A DNA stretch of 64,000 bases from Psammoneis japonica (Eukaryota), in contig QPGO01000069.1 of the NCBI GenBank assembly GCA_008632985.1, forward strand, positions 310,001 to 374,000, written 5' to 3'. Each line of letters opens with the position of its first letter. The stretch's first letter is position 1. The notes beneath the pieces were generated by a model. That model was not told where the DNA came from. It saw nothing but the letters and a program-made list of their open reading frames with translations, and made no database searches. This document shows positions 41,447 to 54,536 of the stretch, piece by piece. Position numbers and translations under genes: made by a program.

Positions 41447-42124
41447 ATGTCGCCGTCGATGCATCACTACATGAACCACGCCAACGAGTGTCTTGCGTAC
41501 GCTCCGAAGCTTCCCAAGGGTATTATTAAGCGTTGCAAGGGTTTGGTTTTGGTGTCGTCGAGGGAGTACGGTATTGGTTTGTCCGGTAGTAGCGGAGCTG
41601 GTGTGTTGCTGGCGCACACGGACGGGAAGTGGTCTCCTCCTGTGGCGATAAAGCTCGAAGGATACGGCGCCGGAGTCGCGCTCGGCGCTCAGGACAAGTG
41701 TACGATTATTGTTTTGGGCGGCAAGCTCGCAGACAAGTTGATCGAAGGTGAAATGAAGTTCAAGTTGAACCTTCAGGGTGGCTTGGTTATTGGTGGAATC
41801 GGACGCGAGGCTGAAATCGCAACAGCAGTGGCACAAGGAGGGTCGCTGGCAGCTTCTTATTCCTACAGCTTTACGGAGGGGCTCATGGTGAACGTCCAGC
41901 TCGAGACCAATACGATCTTTGATGTACCGGAGGTCAACAAGGCTGTTTACAACTTGGACAACGCCAAGGCGATTGTCGAAGAAGCTGAGATTCCAGATGT
42001 TCCCGAAATCAAAGAGTTCATGGCCAAGGTGGAAGAGTTGACAGCGGATAAGGTGGAAGAGTCGACTGCCGAAGTGGCAGAGTCGACTGCGGAAGTGGCA
42101 GAGTCGAAAGCGGAAGGTGAATAA
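41447..42124 (+). CDS. Ysc84/SYLF lipid-binding domain protein with C-terminal 21-bp VAESTAE repeats
   Basis: IIKRCKGLVLV...GLSGSSGAGVLLAHTDGKWSPPVAI...YSYSFTEGL. Confidence 0.8.
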   Translation: MSPSMHHYMNHANECLAYAPKLPKGIIKRCKGLVLVSSREYGIGLSGSSGAGVLLAHTDGKWSPPVAIKLEGYGAGVALGAQDKCTIIVLGGKLADKLIEGEMKFKLNLQGGLVIGGIGREAEIATAVAQGGSLAASYSYSFTEGLMVNVQLETNTIFDVPEVNKAVYNLDNAKAIVEEAEIPDVPEIKEFMAKVEELTADKVEESTAEVAESTAEVAESKAEGE

Positions 42125-42915
42125 GGTAGATGTTTCTGAAATATGGTAGGATGTTTCTTTTGTGTGACTACCTCTCGCTCTACCTGCTGCTGACAACTCA
42201 CTGAAGTAGAGATTGTCGACACTATCGTCCACGTATCCATTCAAACACATTCCTGACAAGAGCTAGGAGGCCTTATCTTCACTGTATTTGTGTCATTGAG
42301 TAGCACATTTTTCTTGTTGTGATGCTCAGAGCAAAGTGAAGTCGTTGCACTTTTTACGAAAATGTGCACAATGCATTTCACAAGGCTAGAGTTACCATTG
42401 TTCCGTCACCGTGACGAATTCAAAGCATTTCAAATTGTCATTTTGGCTTGCTAAATATATGTTTGTTTAGACAGGATGGATTCGAGAGCAAAGCTAGTAG
42501 GTACCGGTAGAGTTTCGGATCTAAGGACCAATTTTGCCAGCCTATCTCCAGAGAGTAGGCTCTAGTAGAGAGCTACTTCCAACTTCTACTACTCCATTCT
42601 CTCTACTAGAGAGAGTAGAGCCTCTATTATCTCTACACTCTCTACTCTCTAGTAGTAGTAGAGAGAGAATAGTAGTTGAGGAAGTGGTCGGTCTGTCGGA
42701 CCGCCCAACGTCTGCATTGCGTCCCGAGTTTCCCGCCATTTTTCTGTGCTTCGTCCGTCGTCCACCATCCAAACTTCCCTCCACCACCGACAACGTACGA
42801 GCCAATGCGAGCATCCTCAATCCATCCTCCATCATCAACCCTGTGGACTCTGTGCGTTCCTTTTCCTAATATAGGTACAGCATTGGACTAGACCTAGAGT
42901 GTCTGTAAAAACACC

Positions 42916-44186
42916 ATGACGGAAGATAATATCGAACGCAAGAAAGATGCGTCGGTGGCAGGTTTAACTGATACGAATCGAAAGATCGAGGCCGCTCTGA
43001 TGCCGGCAATCGAAGAACATGTTTCAAGCTCAGACTTTGACGCAGCCAAGGATGGCTTGGATTTCCTTCAAGTCAAAAATACAATGATGCTTTCGTATCT
43101 GATTGACCTTACGTACCGTATTCGAAGAAAGATGATCTCCACTCCCATAGACACGAGCGATAATCACGACGACAAGAACTTGGAACGCCTGACCGAGATG
43201 AAAACGGCGCTTGAAAAAACGAGGCCGATGGAAAAGAAAATGCGTTACCAACTCGACAAACTATTGACCACATCGACGAGTAGTACATTTGCTTCAGCAG
43301 GTGATGGGACAGCAGATCCGTTGCAGTTTCGTCCTGATCCCCAGGCGTTGGCCGAGGTAAGATGATCCTGACTCGAGTCCTCAGGTTCATTTCGAATGTG
43401 ATTCTCACTTGTTTCTCATGTCTCGATGAAAAGGAGGGATCCTCTTCACAAGACGATGGCAATTCTTCTGATAGCAACGATGATGAATCTGAAGAGGATG
43501 AAGATGATGATTTGGCAGCTGCCAAAGCGACTGTCGCCAGAGCTCGAATCAAGAGTAGTTCTAAAAACAACGACAACGACGACAATGATTCGGATGGTTT
43601 GTACAGAGCGCCACGTATGGCATCCATGCCGTATCCATTAGATGATGGTCAGGTCGAAACGGAACGCAAGAAACGTATGGACCGTCGTTTGCAAACTTCG
43701 GAATTGGTACAAACGCTTCGGTCTCAATACGGAGAAACGCCGGAACAAGAGGATGTTCACGGTGCCAGCGACTTTGGAAGGCAGAGAGAAGCGGCGAGAC
43801 GAATGGCTCAGCGAGAAGCGGAAAAGACTCAGTTTGAGGAGGACACAATGGTTCGTCTAACCACGAGTCGGAAGGAAAAGAAGGAACGAAAGCGATTAAT
43901 GAGGGAAGAAAGCAGCAACCTGGCCGCTATTTCTGATTTGGGAAACTGGGTGCGTGGCGTGAGTTCAGCTTTCAACATTGATAACGACAGCGATGATCAT
44001 GGCATAGGAGATGGCTTGACGACGGAGCGATACGACAATGGAAAGCGCAAACGCGCTACAGTTGACCCAGTGACGGGACGCACAAGGGACACCAGACGCA
44101 AGGGTGGACGAGAACCAAAGAATGCGCTTCAAATGGAATTGTACGGCGGCCGAAAGAAAAAATCCAAGAAGAGCAAGAGGCGCTAA
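42916..44186 (+). CDS. NGDN: Neuroguidin/Lcp5 (Sas10/Utp3/C1D family); intron ~43357-43433
   Basis: GLDFLQVKNTMMLSYL, LEKTRPMEKKMRYQLDKLL, LQFRPDP, GLYRAPRM, FEEDTMVRL. Confidence 0.85.
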
Positions 44187-44596
44187 CGCCTACCAGTTCC
44201 TTTGTGCTACAAGGCCTGCTTAACTTCTGCTTCTGTGCAGCATGGTACAAAGAATCGGTTCTTCCTGCATGCTCCCATGAAATGAAACTTATTTCACTAC
44301 GAACTTTAGAGTAGCAATAAAACGATCGTCAATCTCTCATCATCCATGTTCTGGGCGCCCCCTAGAACTAGCCAGCTACTTCTAGCTAAGGCTCTCTAGT
44401 AGAGAGCTCTAGCTCTAGAGAGTAGTCGTAGGCCCTACTCTCAAAATAAAGACTGCACGTAACGATAAGGGACCGACGCGGGCCGGATTGGGTTGACTCG
44501 TGATTGACTTACTCATGACTCACTGATGCCGACGCCCGACGCCGACAGTGATAAAGCCATGATCCATCGCATCGTTGCCCTGAGATGTGAGATGCA

Positions 44597-45463
44597 ATGT
44601 ATGTACGACGACGTGGAACACCAAATGAAACCAAGAGAAGTGTGAGGGTGTCACCTGCTGTTCACTGCCGAAAATATTCAGGAGAAACAAGCTTCTCTCC
44701 GACCAAGAAAATCATCCTCGGTGTGTTGTCGGTGTTGCTTGTGGCTGCAACGGTCTGGATTCGCCAAGGCGGCAACACAACATCAACTTCGGTAGACTCA
44801 TCAATAACCCCATCTCTTGACGGAACCATGTCAAAGGGAATCGTCTATTCACCGTTGAAAGAAAATGGAAAGGTGTTGCGGTATGCGGCCTATGAAGATG
44901 CGGACAAAATGAAACCGGTGTCGATACAACAGTGGGCTGAACGGATGAAAGAGTCATCACTGGTTCAAAAAGACTTTACAAAGAAATTACAGGACTGTCC
45001 ACATAAAGCTTTCTTTTTTGAGACCAAGGGTGTTTCCAAGTCAAGTGCATCCGAAAAACAGTTTGAGTTTGTGCTCGTGGACACTCCCTCTTTGTATAGT
45101 TTTGCCGAAGGGAATCCCGACCCTCACACCTTTGCCGAGCATTTGAGATGCTTACCGGAAAGCCAACCAGGGTGTTCCTTTACAAGTCTAGGAGGAGATG
45201 CAACACTCATTGCACCTCGACCCTTAAAAGGCGAGAAGCGTGACAATGTCGTCTACTCACACTTGGGCGCTTTTGTTCGCGGGGCACCGAGCAACCAAGT
45301 CGATAAGTTTTTGAAGCTCGTCGCTACGGAATATCTTGCTAAGATCCAAGAGCGGAAAGTTTGGCTGAGTACAGATGGAACTGGTGTTGCTTGGCTGCAT
45401 ATGAGACTGGACAGCAGACCAAAATACTACTCATACAAGGAATTTGCGAACGATTCCTCATAG
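44597..45463 (+). CDS. Conserved hypothetical protein (DUF6940-like) with N-terminal TM
   Basis: AFFFET, FEFVLVD, SLGGDATLIAP, YSHLGAFVRGAP, WLSTDGTGVAWLHMRLDSRPKYY. Confidence 0.65.
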   Translation: MYVRRRGTPNETKRSVRVSPAVHCRKYSGETSFSPTKKIILGVLSVLLVAATVWIRQGGNTTSTSVDSSITPSLDGTMSKGIVYSPLKENGKVLRYAAYEDADKMKPVSIQQWAERMKESSLVQKDFTKKLQDCPHKAFFFETKGVSKSSASEKQFEFVLVDTPSLYSFAEGNPDPHTFAEHLRCLPESQPGCSFTSLGGDATLIAPRPLKGEKRDNVVYSHLGAFVRGAPSNQVDKFLKLVATEYLAKIQERKVWLSTDGTGVAWLHMRLDSRPKYYSYKEFANDSS

Positions 45464-45541
45464 CAAAGAGAATCTAAAATAATATTGTTGAATGTTTTGT
45501 ACGCCTTCCCATCTTGCTCTAGACTACACTAGAGGCATCTT

Positions 45542-45883
45542 TTACCCTCCGGTACATTTTTGTTGGTATTTGTCACCGCCTTCAGTGGACGATTTCTTGA
45601 CTGCGTCTTGGTATTCCCTGTCCTGTTTCAGATATTCATCAAAAGATATTTCATGGCCTACCGCACTTGCAAAGGCATCCTCCTCACGCTGTCGTTTTTC
45701 GTCCATATCTTTATTCATCTCTGCCAACAGATTCGCCTTTTCTCTCTTAAAACATTTATCCATGGCAAACTTTATCTCGTTGCACGCCGTCAGGTTGAAG
45801 AACGATTTTGTTGCATGGCACTGACGGAGAGCCTCGATTTCTTTTTCACATTCGGGGTGCGGTCGACTCAACGGAGGATGCAT
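45542..45883 (-). CDS. CMC2: COX assembly mitochondrial protein (twin CX9C, CMC2-like)
   Basis: MHPPL...C-X9-CH...C-X9-C pattern. Confidence 0.8.
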   Translation of the reverse strand: MHPPLSRPHPECEKEIEALRQCHATKSFFNLTACNEIKFAMDKCFKREKANLLAEMNKDMDEKRQREEDAFASAVGHEISFDEYLKQDREYQDAVKKSSTEGGDKYQQKCTGG

Positions 45884-46176
45884 GGTGTTTAGTAGTGCAA
45901 CAGTTTTCTATACTGGTGCGAGAGAACGCTATCACAGCTATTTTTGGAGAATGTTGTGCCTCATGGTGAAAATGCGGGGTGCGGGCGGGGTGTGCTGGGT
46001 GTGATGAGTTGGTGGGCGTGGTTGACGGACGGACTATAGAATCTTTGATGACCTCGTAGCTCGTGGAAATGGCAGAAGAAGGTAATGGTATATCGTAGCT
46101 ATACATGATATTTACCGTTGAAAGTTCGCATTGGACAGAAAGCTGGCATTGACTTCAACCTCCCTCCGCTGTCACA

Positions 46177-47851
46177 ATGACAACGAGGTTTCGCTGTGAG
46201 CTGATGAAGCTGGTGACGATGATGTTTCGCTGTGAGTTGATTGTTTTATCTCTCATCCTTTTGGGGCGCTTATGCGCTGCAGATACGATTGTAAAAGGCT
46301 CGTATAGCTATGATGAATCTTTTCCAGTGTTGGGAACGGTCAAGAAGAATTCGCTTGGAGATCGTCCCAAGATCTACAGGGAGCATCTCGATGGCTGTCG
46401 AAAGGTGTATGGAGCTTCGTCTTGTGACTTGTTTGAATACGATCGGCTCTTGATGAATCGTAGGCAACCAGTCAGCATGAAGAATTATACTGATGTGGGT
46501 TTCAAGGTCGTTGAAGCCCCGGCAAAAGTGAAGGATTTGGTATCCAAGTTCTGGGAAAGCAACAAAGATAAAAAGAACTGGAAAACCGAAAATTGGGGGC
46601 GCGGGAATGTTTATTGCAATCACTGGGATAGCCCTTCATATCAACTTTCGGTTGACGATGCCAAGCTTCGTGGATCGGGTGCCCGCTTGAAGAAAGAGAT
46701 CTGGGCTGCAGCGAGCACTCTTATGGAACTCTGGACTCAAGAAGAATTGCAACCGGTCAGTATGTACGGCATTCGCATCTACACAAAAGGCGCAATTATG
46801 TTGCCACATGTGGATCGGTTACCTCTTGTGGCATCTGCTATGATACACGTGGCCCATGATGATAGTCAAGAAAGTTGGCCTACGGAGATCTACTCGCATG
46901 ATGGCAGGGTTTACAACGTAACTTTGAAAGCAGGTAAGGCCGTTGTGTTCTGTACCAAAGCATGTCTCTCTTTCTGTGCGACCATGCAAAATTTATAACG
47001 CCAACCGTCGTGCCCCCGACAACAGGAGAAATGCTATTGCTTGAATCTCATAGTATAGTCCACGGTAAGTGAATCCATACCACATTTTGAAAATTAATCT
47101 CAATGTGGAGCAGATACTTACCCGGTACACACTCTCCGTACGTTTTTTTTTAATCATCGACAGGGCATCCGTTTCCCTTGAAAGGCGACTTTCATGCGAG
47201 CTTGTTCATGCACTTTGAACCTACGGGTCATTCGCTGGATCACAATGCGTCGGGGTACTTTCTACGTCATCACCATGATGACGCGGGTGATTTCGTGGAT
47301 GTCGAGTATAAAGAGCATGTCAAGCAAGGGTTTGGAGGACAGTCAGCTGCTCATGTTGGTGGAATCCTTCCTCCTTACATTCAGCGGTCTAGTCCTGAAG
47401 AGCAACATTGGAGAAGTCAGCATCCAGAGGGATGGTCTCCGGTAAGGTGCCACTGGTATGCGTGATTTGTGTTATTCCAAGTCCGTGCCCATTTCGTCTA
47501 ACTCTATATCTATCATTTCTCCAGCCCTACGAAGTCCTTCCACCTGACTCTCATTTGACAGCAAAAGCAGGCAACGTGCAAGACTTGGAACGACTCCTGG
47601 CCAGTGGTAAGGACGACATTTTGACGGAGCGCGACCACAATGGTTGGCAGATTCTCCATCAAGGCGTGACCAGTGGGAACCCCGAAGTTGTGGATTTGCT
47701 ACTCAAAAATGGCGCGGACATTAATGCTCGCACGCAAGGCGGTTACGGTGAAACTCCCCTTAGGATTGCCGAGAACTTGTTTGGGAAGTTGCATCCCGTT
47801 GTGGAGCTGTTGAAAAACGCCGGGGCACTCAGTATTGGACCTGAGCTTTAG
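46177..47851 (+). CDS. Secreted 2OG-Fe(II) oxygenase-like protein with C-terminal ankyrin repeats; introns ~46934-47025, ~47065-47163, ~47442-47525
   Basis: YGIRIY..GAIMLPHVDRLPLVASAMIHV, ESHSIVHG, FMHFEP; DHNGWQILHQGV...LLKNGADINART...ETPLRIA. Confidence 0.8.
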
Positions 47852-48799
47852 CTTGTCTGTATTCTGAGTAATGGGCTCTGTCATTTCGATGCACCTTATG
47901 ATTGCACTGTTGCATAAAATGGTCGGCACAGGCTCTACATGTCTCTCAATGATCACACTTCCATCTTTATCACGCTGCTCGGTTTCAGTTGCGGTGCGAC
48001 AGAAAGCTGCTGAATGGGTGGCGTGACTTTCTGAAGCGATTCTTCGAAATTAGTATTGGTGCTCGAAGATCAGTGCTGTACGTTTCTTCACATTGCATTC
48101 TACATACGGATAAAGAAGAGAGCAAATGCATTGGACTCAAGCAAGGTGGTCAATCCAATGTTGTAGTATATTGCTCTTCGTAGTACATAACATTACATTT
48201 ATTTGAAGACGTACAATGTTGCATACTAATCTGCAAGAATCCCCTCAAAAAGAGAGCTTTAGATACAGAGACGGTCAAGGCGGGTGTGTGTTTGCACCTT
48301 GCAAGAGAATAGTTTCCTTCTCAGCAGAATCACCGTCATCGTTAGTAAAACTATCTCCTGGCGCTACCGGGGCAGTGAACAGCCCTGTATGACGAGACGG
48401 CACGACCTATCGATAGTGTTACTAGCTTAGCAATCTCGTCAAAAATATCTTCACAAGACGTTGACCTACTCTAGCTAGTAGGGCCTATGAGCAATGAGCA
48501 CAACATGATACCTGATCCTCGTCTTTTGCGTCGATAATATAGCCGGGTTTCCCGCCATTTTCAGTCACGTTCGTGATTGACCACAACATCGCAGCAACAA
48601 TAGCAACAACCACTCCCAACAACAAAATGGATCGGTGAGAGGATCTGTCGACTGGAGCTAGGTGTCATCATGCTTAAAAAAGGCGGTCAGATGTATTGTT
48701 GCTTTTTAAAGAGAGAATTCTGTGGCCTTTGACCTCGAGAAGAAACGTGCGATTGCCAAATCGGCAACGACAACACTGCACTGGAAAAATCTGGAAAAA

Positions 48800-49891
48800 A
48801 TGAGCGCTCCTTTGCCGTTTACGTCTACAGCGCCTGGTAGATTATGTCTCTTTGGTGAACATCAGGATTATTTGGGGCTACCTGTAATTGCCGTTGCTCT
48901 TCCGCTTTGCTGTCGTATAAAAGTTTCACCAACACCAGACTCTCGAATCTTGGAAATGAAAATTCCTGTTCTTAACAACAAAACGTGGCGTTGCGACTTG
49001 GATTCCTTGCCGGCAAACGCCTACGTCAATGGCCATGCTGACTTTGCCTTAGCAGCAGTCTTAGACACCGTATCCGATGGGTGGTCATTTGTTTGTGGTG
49101 CCAAATGCGTGTCGACAACCGACATTCCTCTACAAGCCGGCTGCAGCAGTTCCTCGGCGTTTGTTGTTGCATTCGTTCAAGTGTTGGCGCGACTGGCTGG
49201 AAGGCCAGAGCTGTCTCCTTTAGAGATTGCTCAAAGAGCACATCATGCAGAAGTAACGCACTTTGGGAACCCTGGTGGAACAATGGACCATGTCACTTCG
49301 GCGTTTGGAGGAACAGTGCGTATTGGCCCAGGGCAATGGGAGATTGATCGATTGCCACCACTCAAGCCGAGTTTCGGAAAATGGATCTTGGCGTATTCTG
49401 GGCAGCCAAAGGATACCATGGGTCACTTAAAACGCTGTAAAGGAGATCGCCTTGCGTTATTGGAACGTCTTGGGGGGGATTGGGATGCGGAGACGGAGCA
49501 CCTGGGTTTGTCTAAGGACGAACTTGAGCTACTCCGTGCCACTCGTACCAATAGAGATATGGAAAGCAAGGTCGCTACCATTTGGCTATCATTGCCAATG
49601 ACTGGCGAACCTTATGAATTTGGTGACATGATGAATCGTCACCACGCTGCCCTTCGTGATGGATTGAAACTTAGCACCCCTAGATTGGAAGCCATGAGAA
49701 TAGCTGCTATCGAAGCTGGTGCGTGGGGGTTCAAATTAGTTGGTTCCGGTGGAGGAGGCTGTGCGGTGGCATGGACGTCTGACGAATTGTCACCTGCTGT
49801 TAGAGAAGCAATGAAGGACGCTGGAGCGGCCGCAACATGGGATATACCAGTCACAATGCAGGGATCCGGTGCTAGGATTGAAGAGGAATGA
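48800..49891 (+). CDS. GHMP family sugar kinase (galactokinase-like), intronless
   Basis: APGRLCLFGEHQDY, IPLQAGCSSSSA, GGTMDH, GFKLVGSGGGGC. Confidence 0.85.
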   Translation: MSAPLPFTSTAPGRLCLFGEHQDYLGLPVIAVALPLCCRIKVSPTPDSRILEMKIPVLNNKTWRCDLDSLPANAYVNGHADFALAAVLDTVSDGWSFVCGAKCVSTTDIPLQAGCSSSSAFVVAFVQVLARLAGRPELSPLEIAQRAHHAEVTHFGNPGGTMDHVTSAFGGTVRIGPGQWEIDRLPPLKPSFGKWILAYSGQPKDTMGHLKRCKGDRLALLERLGGDWDAETEHLGLSKDELELLRATRTNRDMESKVATIWLSLPMTGEPYEFGDMMNRHHAALRDGLKLSTPRLEAMRIAAIEAGAWGFKLVGSGGGGCAVAWTSDELSPAVREAMKDAGAAATWDIPVTMQGSGARIEEE

Positions 49892-50202
49892 CGAAATACT
49901 CAGCCTTAGCATTGCTACTACTAGTAGAAAGGTGCTCAAATCTTGCCATTAGGCTAAGCTGTGATAACTCATAACTCTCATCATTCTCGTGCCTTTCGTC
50001 TTTTATGTTGTCGGGCACACACACCCAAAATGCAGCACAACACGACGATCGAACAAGAGCGGAAGAGATGATGAGAACAGAGAACAGACGGATGCGATCA
50101 TACCATCTATCACGCATCACGCAAACGATCATCGCAAGCAGCATCCTCGACGGGTTATGCGGAAGTTAATGTCACCCTTATGATCAAGGAGCAAACTCGA
50201 CT

Positions 50203-51066
50203 ATGAGCGCAACTTCTGCAGCCTTTGCCGCAGCCAGTGAGGGACCAGGACGCGTTGCTGTTGTGACTGGGTCCAACAAAGGAATTGGCTATTTCATCGC
50301 TCTTCAACTGGCGTCGTCCGGGTTGTTTCGAAATGTAGTTCTCGCATGTCGGAATCCCACGCTCGGACAAGCAGCTATGCAGAGTATCCAAAAGGAACTG
50401 CCTTCTTCAGCAACTTCTGTTTCCTTTGAGCCTCTCACCTTGGGGGATCATGACAGTCATGTGGCGTTTAGCAAACGAATGGACAAGGAATTTGGTAAAG
50501 TGGACGTTCTCGTCAACAACGCGGGTATGGCCTTCAAGGGTCGTGATCCAACGCCCTTCAAGGAGCAGTGCAAGCCTACGCTTGATGTCAATTTTCGCGG
50601 CACCGTTGACTTTACAGAGCAAATGCTGCCACTTGTTCGAAAAGGCTCTGACGCGCGCATTGTAAATGTTGCGTCCATGTCAGGAAGGCTTATCTCAGAT
50701 CAAAAAGGAGAACTTGCGCCTTCGTTTCACGTCGCCAACTTTAACCATGGATGAGTTGAACGAGCTTGTAGATGATTTCGAGTCCGACGTGATGCATGGA
50801 GTTCATGATAGTCGGGTTGGGGCAATTCTAACTACGGCATGTCAAAGTTGGCACTCATTGCTGCAACCAAAGTTTGGGCTAGGGAGGAAGAACCAAACAA
50901 TGTCAAAGTAAACTGCTGCTGTCCTGGCTACTGTGATACGGATATGACCAGTCATATGGGCTCACGAAATCCAAGTGACGGCGCTAAGAATGCAGTCCTA
51001 CCTGCAACAATGGAAGACTGTCCCACTGGTGAGTTCTTTTCGGACTATAAGGTTTCGAAATGGTAG
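50203..51066 (+). CDS. Short-chain dehydrogenase, carbonyl reductase 1-like; two frameshifts
   Basis: VVTGSNKGIG, DVLVNNAG, RIVNVAS, NYGMSK, VNCCCPGYCDTDM. Confidence 0.88.
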
Positions 51067-51377
51067 ATTTGTTATTACAGTTAAAATATTGTAACGGAGA
51101 CAGTTCATCCATAGTTCTGCTGCCTACATATCTAGGTTCCTAGCTAATTAGTTACCCTACAGTAGTACGTTGGAGGAGACCGACCTCGTTTTGCTTTGAA
51201 GATTTTGACCAAGAACGCGCGGGAATGCGCTTTTAGTCGAGTCATTCGTTTTCTCTGACGTCATGCAAAATCGAAAAGCCCATAACCCACTGACTGTGAC
51301 GCATGTTTCGTCGCGCCCCACACGTTCAAATTTTTTACTTCTATTCTCTTTTCGCTTTTCGAGAGTGCTTCCTGACG

Positions 51378-53543
51378 ATGGCGGTTCCGTCGGCGGCATG
51401 TTCTGCAATGCTTGCACTGTTTGCTCTTTTTGCAGTCAGTTCAGTTTATTACCTGATGCATTGTCCCTTCGAGTGCTTTTGTTGTTCCTGGAAACTCTAT
51501 CTCAAGCAGTGCTCTTTTTGGTAAGAAGAACAAACGGAAAGCAGGCGGTGGCGGTGGGAAACCGAGAGGCCAACAGCCCAAGCAGGAGAAGGCGTCTGTT
51601 CGTGAGGCTCGATTCGATGCTGTTACTCGCCAATTCATGTTCACAATGGTGGGCTTGACGAAAATTCTACCGGACAAGTCCAAGACTATTTTGAAAAACA
51701 TTAATCTAAGCTTTTATCCAGGAGCAAAGATTGGAGTGGTTGGACTGAATGGGTCCGGTAAATCCACGCTCTTGAAAATTATGGCTGGAGTCGACACTGA
51801 ATTCGATGGAACGGCTCGTCCTTTCCTGGTGCATCTATCGGATACTTGCCACAGGAGCCAGAACTTCCGTTTGAGACCGTTCAAGAATGCGTCGACGACG
51901 CAGTCAAGTCGGCTCAATCAGTTATTGACGAATACAATGAAATGGGCATGAAGATGGCGGACCCCGACCTTACCGATGATGAAATGACACAACTTATGAC
52001 TGATATGGAAAAGTTGAATGATCAGATTGAGGCTGCTAACTTGTGGGAATTGGACCGAGTTGTGGAGCGAGCCATGGATTCTCTTCGTCTCCCACCGGGG
52101 GACGCCAAAACTGCTGTTCTGAGCGGGGAGAGAAACGACGTGTATCTCTATGCCGACTCTCTTGGAAAATCATGACATGCTTCTACTCGATGAGCCTACT
52201 AACCACCTGGATGCAGAGAGTATTGCATGGCTGGAACAGGTACGTAACATCGTTCTTTGGTTGGTTGTTGGATTGCACTCGCTCATTCAATCAGCTCTTC
52301 CTTGTTGCTATAGTATTTGGCGGAGTTCAAGGGTACTGTTGTTTGTATTACGCACGATCGTTACTTTCTGGAAAATGTTGCGCAATGGATACTGGAATTG
52401 GATCGTGGCGAAGGTATTCCACACGAGGGCAACTATTCTAGCTGGTTAGAGGCCAAGAACAAACGGTTGGAAGCTGAAAAGAAGCCAATCTGCCGCCGCT
52501 AAGGCCGTCGCTGCTGAATTAGAATGGGTCGATCTAATCCAAAGGCGAAAGGTAACAAGAGCAAGGCGAGATTGAATCGCTATGATGAGCTTTTGGCGCA
52601 GGCTGCACCAAAGGAACTCCGAAATGCGGGGCAAATCTATATCCCTCCAGGTCCAAGGCTGGAGACGTGTGATAGACGTGGATCACTGTCAAAGTCTTAC
52701 GGGTATGTTCGGTGATACTTTTAGGCTTGTTGCTTTGAGTGTCCAAACTGCTTTTCTAATTTTCGTTAATTCTTCGTTTGGTGTTACTCCGCAGTGAGCG
52801 ACTCCTTATCAACGAACTTGATTTCTCACTTCCAAAGGCTGGAATTGTTGGCATCGTGGGACCCAATGGAGCGGGGAAGTCCACATTGATCAAAATGCTC
52901 ATGGGCAAGGAAGATCCAGACTCTGGTACAGTCAAAATTGGTGACTCTGTCAGCATGATTGGTGTTGGGCAAGACCGAATGGAAGAGTTGAATCCTGAGA
53001 AAACCGTCTTTGAAGAGATCTCCGGTGGTCTTGACGAGCTTGAGCTTGGGACGCAGGTTGTACAGTCACGGGCATACTGCTCATGGTTTGGATTTAAGGG
53101 TGCACAACAACAGGCAAAAGTTGGAAACCTTAGTGGAGGGGAACGAAACCGTGTGCAGTTGGCAAAGCTTCTCAAATCCGGAGCCAACATGATTATTCTT
53201 GACGAGGTACGTTCATGTCATCCTGTATTTTGTTCCTTGTCTAGGACGTTTCAACATATTTCTGATCTTTTGTTTGCTGTATTATTAGCCTACCAACGAT
53301 TTAGATGTGGAAACATTGCGCTCACTTGAAGAGGGGCTCCTCAACTTTGCGGGTTGCGCATTGGTTGTTTCGCACGATCGATACTTCTTGGATCGGATCT
53401 GCACTCACATTCTAGCCTGTGAAGGTAACTCACAGTGGTTCTGGTTCCCTGGAAACTATGCGGAATACGAAGCTAATCGAATCGAAAGACTGGGCGAAAC
53501 AAGCATCAAAAGGATTAAGTATGCCCCTCTCGTCAATTCCTAA
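51378..53543 (+). CDS. ettA: ABC-F protein, EttA/ChvD-like, with presequence; introns and several frameshifts
   Basis: [67 protein letters not shown]. Confidence 0.88.
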
Positions 53544-53546
53544 TGA

Positions 53547-54536
53547 CTAAAAAGGGTTATTCGTCTTTCTTGTCGATGGCAATAACAGTCTCCGAGTAGC
53601 GCCTGTTATTCGTTCGCGTATCATCATGAGCAGAGCGCTCTTGAGCAACGTGTGAAATAACTGTAAGTCGAGCCCTTTATAACACGCCCGTATACCGCCG
53701 TGATTATTGTATTGTTCCTTTAGGCAGTCAAACATGCTACTCTGAGATGTCACCATTAGCATAACCTTGGCTCTGATTAGAGGATATGTTGCCATGATTG
53801 CAACAAACTTGGCAACGAGTCCCATAACAAAGGCCTCGCCCATGGATAACTTTTCACCGTGCCGGCTTCGTAATCTCCGCGCCTTGATAAGATCAAACAC
53901 CGTGAAATTTATCGAGGGATTGCTACAAAGCATCAACGACGGCCAAAGACCTTTCCATAAAGAGGTTATTTCCGGGACATATGGTTTTTCTTTTGAGCTT
54001 GGTAGCTCGATCGCTTCGCAGTGGTCATCTTTCTTTTCCTCCACAATTTCCGAGTGGTCTTCTTCTTCTTCGGTAGCATCGTGAAAGGTTTCTTCATCTA
54101 GCTGGTCCCAAACTTTCTGCATTGTTTCAGAGCTTGTCAATTGCTCTGTTTTGTTGCCTTTCTTTGTTTGGTGTTGTGTTGCGATCACGTCCAATGGAAG
54201 AGTCATGCATGTATTTAGCATCGCAGCAACTGCCGACAAGAGTAAATGCGTGGAAGTTGATATACCCTCTCCTCGTCTCTTTTTTCGTTGTGCCCACCAT
54301 GCTGATAACCAAGAGTATAAATAAAAATAGCAAAAGCTAGAGGATATTGTGTGCAGCGTTTTGACGGGGAGACCACGTAAAAGGTCCATGTCTTTGGTGT
54401 TCCGTGAACCACGATGTGACGCTTGAATGTTAATCTTCCAGACGTCTAACGGCCAGAAAGCCCATAGCGAAACAACTGATCCAACTACACCGGCCAAGGC
54501 ATCTGCAACGGCTTCTCGTCTTCGTTCATGTATCAT
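53547..54536 (-). CDS. Mitochondrial-carrier family protein, peroxisomal adenine-nucleotide/PMP34-like
   Basis: WPLDVWK, LPLDVIAT, YPLIRAK carrier signatures; LWKGLWPSLMLCSNPSINFTVFD. Confidence 0.8.
   Translation of the reverse strand: MIHERRREAVADALAGVVGSVVSLWAFWPLDVWKINIQASHRGSRNTKDMDLLRGLPVKTLHTISSSFCYFYLYSWLSAWWAQRKKRRGEGISTSTHLLLSAVAAMLNTCMTLPLDVIATQHQTKKGNKTEQLTSSETMQKVWDQLDEETFHDATEEEEDHSEIVEEKKDDHCEAIELPSSKEKPYVPEITSLWKGLWPSLMLCSNPSINFTVFDLIKARRLRSRHGEKLSMGEAFVMGLVAKFVAIMATYPLIRAKVMLMVTSQSSMFDCLKEQYNNHGGIRACYKGLDLQLFHTLLKSALLMMIRERITGATRRLLLPSTRKTNNPF

Noticed and set aside
41390..42259. Long antisense ORFs (e.g. 41390-42259, 19223-19861, 10408-11043)
   Set aside because: Shadows of real genes on the opposite strand
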